DNA of 61,401 nucleotides, filler included, from Dugesia japonica (Eukaryota): NCBI GenBank assembly GCA_001938525.1. It is 5 parts of 5 records of this genome, joined end to end, with 100 filler letters (N's around TTAATTAATTAA, not from the genome) between each part and the next. Parts side by side here need not be neighbours in the genome. Positions count along the whole stretch, not along the records: positions 24,361 to 35,715 come from MQRL01627549.1; 4 more parts are not named here. One strand, 5' to 3'. Shown piece by piece: positions 25,850 to 35,107 of this stretch (position 1 is its first letter; each line of letters starts with the position of its first letter). The notes under the pieces were generated by a model. It saw only the letters and a program-made list of their open reading frames with translations, ran no database searches and was not told where the DNA came from. The position numbers and the translations under genes were made by a program.

Positions 25850-27168
25850 TAGATTTAGATTATAATACAGAATTTTCACATACAGCAATTAAAAATGATA
25901 TTTTAAAAATCTCACCGTCATCAGGTTCAATTAGTAATTTAAATGCTAATGGTGATATTGTATTTCAAAGTTTGCAATCTACAAATCCGTTGGACCTATG
26001 CAATTCATTATTATACTTTAAAATTAAAATAACAATACCAGCAGATTTAAAAGACAAAATCACCCTGGAAAATAATTTCTTTCCAAGTTTATTTAAATTA
26101 ATGGGATTAACACTCGGATCTACTCATATAGAAACTATAAACGATCCAGGTGTAATTTCTACAATGTTAAATTTTATATCTACAACTGAAACCTTTAAAA
26201 AAGAATACGGACAATTATCAGGATGGATGCCAGATATTAATAAAGGAGATACCGATGTAAAATCATGGGAAAGTAATCTTGGATATTATAACAGAAAAAA
26301 ACTTTATTCAACAGGAAAATTTGAAGGTTACTTTCAATTAAGAAATTTATTTGGATTCATGCAAAATTATAATCGGCTGTTATATAATACAATGATAGAA
26401 TTTACATGTAACCGCCAAATAGAAAATAAATTAATATTCTTTGGTGATGCTGATGAAAAAGCAGAAGTAAAATTAGAATTAGAAAAATTAGAATTTCACA
26501 TTCCAGAACATAGATTATTACCAAGAAAAGAATTACTTCTCCTAGAAAGAATTTCAACAAATAAACCAATTAAAGTTACATTTTTAAATCGGCTATCTGC
26601 AAAATCAAGTTTAGCTGATGAAAGTACTTATTCAATTAAAATTAGTTCTCTAGCATATCAACCTAGATATATTTTAATTTGCATAAAAGATCCAAAAATT
26701 GATTTTAAAATTAATAATAATTTATTTATTCAGAAAACTACAATAACACCAGCAGTTGTTGCACCAGCAGTTGCAGTTCCAATAACTTCATATTTAAAAG
26801 GTATCCAGTTACAATTAAATAATACCTATTATCCAATCAATAAATTAGACTTTGACGTCTCAGAAAATGCAATGGCTTATCCATATACACAATACATAAA
26901 TTGTTGTCGCGAATTCCTAACAGAACCACAATTATCATTAATGGATTTNNNNNNNNNNTATCCAATGTTTTGTTTTGATGTCAGTGCACATGATGATAAA
27001 ATGAATATTAATAATGTTGATGTCACACTTCATATTACAAAAGATGCAGGTTTTAAAGGAACAATTTACTGGTGCATTCTTGAAGAAAAACATGTTGAAA
27101 TGAAACTTGCAAATAATAAAATTGTTTTAGTTGAAAATGTAAGAGGTATTGATATAACATCTAAATAA
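25846..27168 (+). CDS. double jelly-roll major capsid protein (Maverick PY / hexon-like)
   Basis: 440 aa; ITLENNFFPSLF...IETINDPGVISTM, QPRYILI, LNNTYYP and PMFCFDVS match conserved Maverick MCP blocks. Confidence 0.88.
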   Translation: MIDLDYNTEFSHTAIKNDILKISPSSGSISNLNANGDIVFQSLQSTNPLDLCNSLLYFKIKITIPADLKDKITLENNFFPSLFKLMGLTLGSTHIETINDPGVISTMLNFISTTETFKKEYGQLSGWMPDINKGDTDVKSWESNLGYYNRKKLYSTGKFEGYFQLRNLFGFMQNYNRLLYNTMIEFTCNRQIENKLIFFGDADEKAEVKLELEKLEFHIPEHRLLPRKELLLLERISTNKPIKVTFLNRLSAKSSLADESTYSIKISSLAYQPRYILICIKDPKIDFKINNNLFIQKTTITPAVVAPAVAVPITSYLKGIQLQLNNTYYPINKLDFDVSENAMAYPYTQYINCCREFLTEPQLSLMDXXXXYPMFCFDVSAHDDKMNINNVDVTLHITKDAGFKGTIYWCILEEKHVEMKLANNKIVLVENVRGIDITSK

Positions 27169-27169
27169 A

Positions 27170-27640
27170 ATGGCTAACAAAACCTGTAAAAGTAACAAAA
27201 CCTATAAAAGTAATAAATTTATATGTGATTATTGTGGTAAAATATTATTAAAAAAGAATAAATCAAGACATTTAGATTTATGTATTAATATAAAAGGCGG
27301 TGACCTTCAAAATTCAAGTTTTATATCTAGTTTATTAAAACCAATTACAACTGAAAAATATCCAGGTGAACGTCATTTATTTAAACATAATTACACTGGA
27401 CCTGGAACTAGATTAGATATTAGATTAGATTCTGATAATATTCCAAATCCTGGTGAAGAACCAATTAATCAAGTTGATGCAGCTGCATTAAAACACGATA
27501 TTGCTTATTATTGAGAAGATCCTCGTGATCGTCATATTGCAGATGTCAATTTAATACATGATTTAAATAATATCCAAAACCTAACAACTTCAGAAAAATT
27601 TCAAAGAGCTCTTGTAAAATTAGCTATNAAAGGTAAAATA
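27170..27640 (+). CDS. zinc finger + parvovirus VP1u-type phospholipase A2 domain, with an in-frame TGA at 27512-27514
   Basis: CDYC-x12-H-x3-C finger; YTGPG Ca-binding loop; DAAALKHDIAY catalytic HD; RHIAD after the TGA in the same frame. Confidence 0.88.
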
Positions 27641-28540
27641 ATGATTGGACAAGGTCAAAAGATTGGACAAGGAAGAAAAAAAGATCCATTTAAAAAAACT
27701 ACAATTATTAAAGATGAATCTGATTCCGAATCTGAGCAAAACAATAAACAACTTTTAGCTGATGAACTTCACAAAGATTTTAAAAAACCAAAACATTTTA
27801 GAAAAGTCATTGTTCATGATAAAGATAACATTTGGTCAGCTGATTTAATATTTCAAGGAACAGAACGTAAAAATAAACATGTAATATTAACAGTTATAGA
27901 TCTTTTCACAAGATTTGCATTCGTAGAATTAACCACAGGAAAATCTGGACCCAAAATAACACAAGCATTTAAAAATATATTAACTAAAAATAATAGAACT
28001 CCATTGAAATTATGGGTTGATCAAAGTAAAGAATTTTATAATCAAAATTTTGAATCACTCTGTAAAACTAAAAATATTCTTTTGTATTCTACACAAAATC
28101 AAGGTAAAGCCGTTGTTATCGAAAGATTCAACCGTAGTTTTAAAAACAGGCTTTTTAAATATTTTACTGCCGTTGGAAATCAAGATATCACTCAAGAAAT
28201 CTTAGATGAAATTGTAAATGATTATAATAATACTATACATTCAAGTATAAATATTACACCTCAGGAAGCGACGCTTAATCCAGAAAAAATTGAAATTAAA
28301 CCCATAGAACCTTTCACTGAAACCCTAAAATTTAAAATTGGCCAACGCGTAAGAATAACTAAGCTTTTAAAAACATTTCCTAAAGGTTACACATTTAAAT
28401 GGTCAAAGAAAATTTATATAATTACAAAGATTCATCGAAATATTAATGATAGACCATTTACATTTGAAATCTCAAATCTTAACGGAAATAAGATACTTGG
28501 TAGATTTTACAGTAATGAACTTCAAAAAACTAGTTTTTAG
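27641..28540 (+). CDS. rve (retroviral-like DDE) integrase, Maverick type
   Basis: LADELHK, WSADL (D), WVDQSKEF (D), IERFNRS (E), YNNTIHSSI, FKIGQRVRI, FYSNELQK; no chromodomain. Confidence 0.95.
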   Translation: MIGQGQKIGQGRKKDPFKKTTIIKDESDSESEQNNKQLLADELHKDFKKPKHFRKVIVHDKDNIWSADLIFQGTERKNKHVILTVIDLFTRFAFVELTTGKSGPKITQAFKNILTKNNRTPLKLWVDQSKEFYNQNFESLCKTKNILLYSTQNQGKAVVIERFNRSFKNRLFKYFTAVGNQDITQEILDEIVNDYNNTIHSSINITPQEATLNPEKIEIKPIEPFTETLKFKIGQRVRITKLLKTFPKGYTFKWSKKIYIITKIHRNINDRPFTFEISNLNGNKILGRFYSNELQKTSF

Positions 28541-28569
28541 ATGTATATGATTAAAAAAAGATCCATAAA

Positions 28570-28896
28570 ATGGAAATGGAAATGGATAATGAAATTGATT
28601 ATCAAGAATTAGAAGATATTAATAATGAAATAAAAAAACTAGAAAAATCCATAAAAAATGACAACAATGAAGAAAATGAATATCTAGAATTATTAATAAG
28701 TTATAGAGAAGATTTATATTATTTAGAAGAAGAAAATTTTGATTTATCATATGCAGCATATGAAAATATAACTAAAGATAATGAAGAACATATAAAATCT
28801 TTAATAAATAGAAATGTCAAAATCCATAAAGGAACCAGTGTTCAGTTCGCAGCCAGCAAAATCCATAAAGGAACCAGTGTATATCTGGAACAATAA
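28570..28896 (+). CDS. acidic Maverick hypothetical protein
   Basis: 108-aa E/D-rich ORF between integrase and ATPase; overlaps the ATPase start. Confidence 0.55.
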   Translation: MEMEMDNEIDYQELEDINNEIKKLEKSIKNDNNEENEYLELLISYREDLYYLEEENFDLSYAAYENITKDNEEHIKSLINRNVKIHKGTSVQFAASKIHKGTSVYLEQ

Positions 28897-29621
28897 TATT
28901 ACAAAATTTAATAATAAAATTCTTCCAAGTAATTTTAGATTATTAATAATTGGATCTTCAGGTTCAGGTAAAAATGTTTTATTAATGAAAATGCTCCTGA
29001 CACCTGAATTCTTAGACTATGACAATTTAATTATTTACTCTACAACTATTAACCAGTTTGAAATTCAATTACTATATCTAGGTTTAGAACACGGACTTTC
29101 AAAAGAAGATATTAGTTTAATCTATCAAAATCAAAATATAACACCTAAAAATATCGATACACCAAGTCAAGTTATACAATATTTCTTAGACAAAAAACTA
29201 GTTACTAAAAAACAAAGAACAATAAATATTACATTAAGTAATAAACCTAATGAGATAATCTCATGTGACAAACTTTCAAAAGACAAGAAAAATCTTATCA
29301 TTTTCGATGATGTTGTCAATGAGAAAAACCAACAAATACAAAAAAGTTATTTCACTCGTGGTCGNNNNNNNNNNNNNNNNNNNNNNNNNNNNNNNNNNNN
29401 NNNNNNNNNNNNNNNNNNNNNNNNNNNNNNNNNNNNNNNNNNNNNNNNNNNNNNNNNNNNNNNNNNNNNNNNNNNNNNNNNNNNNNNNNNNNNNNNNNNN
29501 NNNNNNNNNNNNNNNNNNNNNNNNNNNNNNNNNNNNNNNNNNNNNNNNNNNNNNNNNNNNNNNNNNNNNNNNNNNNNNNNTTAACAAAGAAACTGATGAA
29601 TTATTGGATGACCTATTCTAA
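28814..29621 (+). CDS. A32/FtsK-like genome packaging ATPase (spans a gap)
   Basis: Walker A IIGSSGSGKN, Walker B LIIFDD, then FTRGR at the gap edge; C-terminus probably NKETDELLDDLF*. Confidence 0.92.
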
Positions 29622-29695
29622 TATGATGAAACTGATTTATTCTAAGCTTGCGTCCCGGTGATTTAATATGATGAAACTGATCTTTTTTAACTGAT

Positions 29696-30472
29696 TTATT
29701 CTAAACCCATGATTGCTGCTCTTTCAGCTAAGCTTGTAGGCCATTTCTCTATTGGAGTAATTTGTAATTGATTTATTGAGTTGTTACCCGTGTGGTTGTT
29801 GGTCTCAGGTTTTATTGGTTCACTAGCAATTTTTGCTTGTTCATCAGCAAATATATTATTAATCTCAGTAAAATTTTCTTGAATCTTACTAAATGAAAAA
29901 CCACTTTCAAGAATAGCAGGCCATTTTTCTACTAATTTAGCTAATTGAATTAATCTATTAATATAACTCATAGTATGAATAATTCCATAATTTGCTAAAA
30001 AATTCATAAAATCTTCATAATGTTTTTTCTTATTTGGATTTTTAAATCTTAATTTTAAAACATGTAATATTGCACCTAACATCGCATAATAATATAATGT
30101 TCCACGTTTATATGCAAATAATTGACTTCTACAACAAGAAAACTTTTCTACTAACTCACATTCTCCTTGTGTTAGTAACACTGCACAATTTTCTCTAAAT
30201 TCTCCCATATTAACAATTTTCAAATTAGATCTATTTTTTTCAGTTTCTTTAAATGAATTAATAAGTTGCATTCTTAATGTATTCGGTTGATCTATTCCCA
30301 TTTTAACTCCATCTTCATTATCTGTTGGAATAAAAACTGATCTTATTAATTTTCCAATTTTTTTTGCTTTTTTTATTACTGCTAAATCAGTTTTACCATT
30401 TGGTCTTGGTAATATTAATTGTCCATTAACTATTTGACTTTTTTCTACATCTTTAATTAGTCCATCTTCCAT
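29696..30472 (-). CDS. Maverick hypothetical helical protein, possibly DNA-binding
   Basis: 258-aa ORF; frame stays open 58 codons upstream to the TAA at 30647; C-terminal helical block SYINRLIQLAKLVEKWP. Confidence 0.7.
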   Translation of the reverse strand: MEDGLIKDVEKSQIVNGQLILPRPNGKTDLAVIKKAKKIGKLIRSVFIPTDNEDGVKMGIDQPNTLRMQLINSFKETEKNRSNLKIVNMGEFRENCAVLLTQGECELVEKFSCCRSQLFAYKRGTLYYYAMLGAILHVLKLRFKNPNKKKHYEDFMNFLANYGIIHTMSYINRLIQLAKLVEKWPAILESGFSFSKIQENFTEINNIFADEQAKIASEPIKPETNNHTGNNSINQLQITPIEKWPTSLAERAAIMGLE

Positions 30473-30646
30473 CAGAATAGTTCGTGTTACTTTTTCACTA
30501 AATGGGAATTTATCAAATTCTCTTAAGTCAGGTAATTCTTCAAATTTATTTCTTTTTAAATATTCTAAATTATCAGGATTTGTAATCCTTACTAAATCTT
30601 CTACAGGTACAATTTTAAATTCGTGACTTTCTTCCTTTATGGATTT

Positions 30647-30913
30647 TTATTCTTCTATGAATTTATCTTCTATGAATTTATCTTCTATTTTTTCTTGATC
30701 TTGTTCACTGTCACTTCCATCTTGTTCATATTTCATTTGGATATATTCAGATTCTGAAAAATATCCGGATTCGGATTCTTGTTCATATTCTAAACCAATT
30801 AAATTATCAAGTGTTATTATTAAATCTTTTAATTCTTTTTTTAATTCTTTTTTAAAATTTTCTTTCTTAATTTCAAATAAAACTTCCTCAATTTTATTTA
30901 TAACATCCTCCAT
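30647..30913 (-). CDS. acidic Maverick hypothetical protein (or N-terminus of the 29696 ORF)
   Basis: MEDVINKIEE...EDKFIEDKFIEE*; same frame as the downstream ORF; start chosen at the first ATG. Confidence 0.55.
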   Translation of the reverse strand: MEDVINKIEEVLFEIKKENFKKELKKELKDLIITLDNLIGLEYEQESESGYFSESEYIQMKYEQDGSDSEQDQEKIEDKFIEDKFIEE

Positions 30914-31088
30914 TTTATAAAGAAATAATTTAATAAAATTAATCTCGCACGGATCCGTGTGAGTTTTATATTCCAAGTTTCAATTTAGTAGCAGTGTTTA
31001 TATTCCCAGCTTTAATTTAGTAGTCATTTTATATTCCCAGCTTTGCACGCATTTCAGAAATAACTTTATTTTGATTATCAAGTAATAA

Positions 31089-31616
31089 TTAAAGATCGAC
31101 ATCTTTAGATTTTTTATGTCCATGGATCAATTCATGTACATCAGTAACCATTTTCTTTGAGATACTTAATTCTTCATCTGTTAAAATTTCATCATNNNNN
31201 NNNNNNNNNNNNNNNNNNAATAATTTATTTTTAACACATTCAAGTTTAGTTATTAATTTTGAATATTTTTCTTTTCGAGATTTAACAAATGATGTATTTA
31301 ATGTTCCTATTACAGGTAAAACTGAAATTGCTCCAGTAATCACTGGTATTCCAATTCCAGTAATTGCTAAACCAACTGGTGTTATAAATACAATTCCGGC
31401 TATTCCAATTCCGGAGCTTAAAAGTATCTGTGTATATTTAATTCCAGTATCAATTTTATTCCAACGACTTTCTAATTTCTTATAATGTTTAATTTTATCT
31501 TTAATATAATAAAGATCATTTTCAAAATCTTTAATTCTAGATAAAGCAAGTTTATTTTTTAAATCTAGGATCGCGTAGCTTTCATTTATACTAGGATATA
31601 ATTTTTCTGATTCCAT
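31089..31616 (-). CDS. Maverick/adintovirus hydrophobic-hairpin membrane protein
   Basis: N-terminal LYP, coiled-coil-like segment, Gly-rich double hydrophobic stretch (LLSSGIGIAGIVF...GIGIPVITGAISVL), C-terminal DEILTDEE. Confidence 0.75.
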   Translation of the reverse strand: MESEKLYPSINESYAILDLKNKLALSRIKDFENDLYYIKDKIKHYKKLESRWNKIDTGIKYTQILLSSGIGIAGIVFITPVGLAITGIGIPVITGAISVLPVIGTLNTSFVKSRKEKYSKLITKLECVKNKLXXXXXXXXXDEILTDEELSISKKMVTDVHELIHGHKKSKDVDL

Positions 31617-33808
31617 TTATTTAATTAAAAAAATAGATCCTATAGAAATATCTTTTGGTAAAGTTAATTCTATAGAATGTGAAATTTCATAGTTAAATAT
31701 TCGTGTTACAAATTCTTTATTAATACTAGTCACAATATATTCTTTTATTTCATTATTAGCTTTAATGAAATATTTAAAACTTTTCTTAGAATAACCATCT
31801 ATAAAAACTGTTATGGTATTTACAGGTAAATATAATTTTATAGAAATAATAAAAGGTTCTTCAAGATAAAAATAACCATTTTCCATTTTGCCTTTTCTTT
31901 TAAAATCTATTTTTTCTATGTCACCATTATCCCGATAACAAGGAAGATCTTTCCCATAACACATGTGAAAATAAAATATTACAGTATCTTTTTTTTCATT
32001 TGCAAATGGAAAATAATTATAAATTATTTCTTTTAAACTTTTAAGTGTTAACTCTTCACCATTTTCATAATAAGTTTTCATTAAAACATCAATTCTTTTA
32101 ACATGTGATCTATGAAGTTCAGGTTTTATTCTTTCATATTCTTTCTTTATTTCATCTGGAACTTTAAATGTTTGAATTTTAACATTTAAACTTTCTATAT
32201 TAACTTCTTCTGGTAAAATTATTTCAATATAATTTATATTAGTGACATTTAAAATTTCAGTGCTTTTCCGATAAATGTTAAATACCTGAGATGGAATACA
32301 TAAAAATGAAACAGCAAAATGATTTATTTTAATGACATATGTAAATTTTTCTGCACATTTTCCATCTATAGTTATAATAAGTTTTCTTTTAATATTCACA
32401 TGTAAAATAATATTTTTACATTTTTTTTTAAAATCAAAATTATTTACATATTTATCGATAACAGTAAATTCTTTAAGAGAATTAATTGAAAATAAGATAT
32501 CGTTATCAATATCGTTATCGTTTTATTATAAATTAAATAATTATCAAACATTTCTCTTAAAGGTTTTAATGTTACATCTGAAAGTTTTTCTTTATAATTT
32601 TTTAATAAAAGATTAAATCTATCAAAATGTATTTTATGAAGTTTAGATTTTATCTTTTCAAATTTTTTAGTTAATCTATCAATAATTTCAAATTTAAATA
32701 AGTTAACATTTAATTCATATAAACTTATTCCTTCTGGTAAAACTATTTCAATATAATTTATTTTTACATCTTTATTAATTTCTGTGGAATCATGAAAGGT
32801 TTCTTTATTATCATGTGTAAATGTCTTTGCTATGTGATTAATTTTAATTATATAATCATAACTTTTTTTCGTAGATAAACCAGAGATTTTTATAGTGACT
32901 TCTTCATTTAATATTGTATGTAAATAAATACTCATTTGTTTATTTCTTTTAAAATCTAAATTATAGAAATATTTATCTATAATAGAAAATTCTGGAATAT
33001 TATTATCATAACACACAAGAGAAAATATTTTATAAACACTTCCATTAAAATTAAAAGGTAAATAATTATCAATGAAATGTTTTATATTTTGTATGTTAAG
33101 TGTTTCTTTATATGTTTCATATAAATCATTAATTCTCTTAAGATGTATTTTATGAAGTTTGGGTCTTATATTATTAACTTCTTTTCTTATAACAGAAGTT
33201 TTAAGTATAAAATTATCAATGTTAGATTTTAGTAAATTAATATTATTCATATAAGTATCAAATGTTTTCTTGGCTATATCTTCATCTAATTTTTTTAGTT
33301 GAATATCTAACATTTCGTGATCTTTTATAAGTTTTTCAGAAAGATCATTACGGATGATTGTTTTAAATTTAACAATTAAATCACTTCTTTTAAATGGAAA
33401 TACTTCCAATCTTAATTTTTCAATTTCATTTTTAATATTATAAAATTTTGTTTGTGGACATTTATTTGTTAAATTTTTAATTTTATTATTTATATCTTGA
33501 TTATTCAAACGTTCAGCTTTATATTCTAAATAAACTTTATTGATTTCAGTTTTATCTAGTTTTAATAATTTAGTGAAAATTAATTCATGCTTTTGTAATT
33601 TATCTTCAAGGGTTTTTATATAATTTAAATTAACTGCATCATTTAATTCTATAGGATCATCAATTATTTTTAAACAAGTAATTATGTCACCAGATTCATT
33701 CACATATTTATTTTCATTTTGGATATCTAAGTTTTTAATTTTTGCATTAACACTTTTTAATATTTCTGTTGAATCATTGGTATCATTAGTAGCACCAAAC
33801 TTATTCAT
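31617..33808 (-). CDS. fibre/spike-like protein with three ~140-aa repeats, frameshifted near 32525
   Basis: MNKFG start; GD...DP....DAV...Y neck-like motif; repeats LHKIH/LHKIH/LHRSH, DFKR/DFKK/DFKR and IEIVLP/IEIILP/IELTLP shared by ORFs 32444-33808 and 31617-32399. Confidence 0.65.
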
Positions 33809-33818
33809 TTTTCTTCCT

Positions 33819-34292
33819 TTATGGATTTTTCTTTTCCTTCTTTTCTAATATTGAATTATAAAGATCTAACATTTCATTTATAATAGTATCAAAATCAACA
33901 TATTGTTGCCCTCCTTCGGCCTTTATGGCTTGTGGTTTATGGATTTTATATAAAAAATAAATACATAGGATTCCACATATTTCAGTGTTAAAATGTTGCA
34001 CTTGAATTTCATTATATTTTTTTACACTCGGGATTTGTTTTAATGGTTTTAAACCAAAAGAATCAAAGTAGTATCCTTTAATGTAAGCAACCCAATGTGT
34101 TCCATTTTGATTTGAATTTTGATAATTAAAAATATAACATTTTCTAGGTGATATTTTAAATCTTTCATTTTTCATGTAAATCTCTAAATCTAAATCAAAA
34201 AAGTCAGCAATTGAATATAAATCAAAATTTGTTGTTGTTGAGATTCCAAATGTTTTTAAAAAATCTAATAAACAATAGTTCTGGTCGCTCAT
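33819..34292 (-). CDS. adenain-like (adenovirus-type) cysteine protease
   Basis: GTHWVAY (His), YFDSFG (Asp), VQ (oxyanion Gln), ICGILCIYFL (Cys). Confidence 0.95.
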   Translation of the reverse strand: MSDQNYCLLDFLKTFGISTTTNFDLYSIADFFDLDLEIYMKNERFKISPRKCYIFNYQNSNQNGTHWVAYIKGYYFDSFGLKPLKQIPSVKKYNEIQVQHFNTEICGILCIYFLYKIHKPQAIKAEGGQQYVDFDTIINEMLDLYNSILEKKEKKNP

Positions 34293-34340
34293 TTCTTCGC
34301 TATTTTCTATAATCTTTATTTCAGCACTTCGTTTTCAGCT

Positions 34341-35105
34341 TTATAATCGATACTTACGCAGATGAGCTAAAATTGTAATTGTTTCTTGGTTAAAATCTAT
34401 AGTGTTAAAATTTCCATCTACGATGTTAAATTTAAAACTGTCNNNNNNNNNNNNNTTAATTTTAGAGTAAATTGCTGGAGATGGTCTTTCAACTATTTTA
34501 TATCCAAATGGTACAGTATTTATTGGAAATTAATATAATAAATTAATTTGTTTAGTTTCTTTGTTGTTGTTGTTGTTGGTTGTTGGCCTTGTGGTTGTTG
34601 CATAATTACCTTTAACAATATTACAAGTTATATTTATCGCATTGATATTTGAAATGTCAATTTTAGCATCTGAATAATATTTTCCAGGTTCATATTTTCC
34701 AGGTTTAAATCCGAGAATCATATGAAAGAATGATTTGGAATCAAATTCTAAAGTGTTTTTAGTTAATATTTTAATGTTACATTTAGATGTTGCAAGATCA
34801 GGTGTAATTTCAAGATGTTTATCTAAACGTTTTGAAATTTCTTTTACTTCATAAGATCCGGGTTCTAGAGTTTTAATTAAGACTTTATTTCCTTCTTTTA
34901 TAATTTTTTTATTGTTGTCTTCATCCTTTATTTGTTCAATTCCGTTGATAATAAATTTATTATTTAAATTGGTAATGTTAAATATAATATTGTAACATGA
35001 AAAATATAACAATCCAAGTTCATATTCNNAATCTAATTTTATCGGATAATCTAAATTTACTTTTAAATCTTGTTCTGTTCCAACTACTAAGAATTGATGA
35101 GACAT
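34341..35105 (-). pseudogene. minor capsid protein / penton (single jelly roll) with premature TAA at 34530-34532
   Basis: LDYPIKL..YELGL, FNIT..NNKF, LEPGSYEV, ILGF, INITCNIV; after the stop the same frame gives FPINTVPFGYKIVERP...IDFNQETITILAHLRK*. Confidence 0.88.
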
Positions 35106-35107
35106 TT

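Noticed and set aside
27512-27514. Programmed readthrough or selenocysteine at the PLA2 TGA
   Set aside because: Context is TGA-GAA rather than the leaky TGA-C, and I see no SECIS-like hairpin; a point mutation or error is simpler. Not formally excluded.
27170-27640. Endogenous parvovirus/densovirus because of the VP1u PLA2
   Set aside because: No NS1/SF3 helicase or parvoviral capsid; the neighbours are Maverick MCP and integrase.
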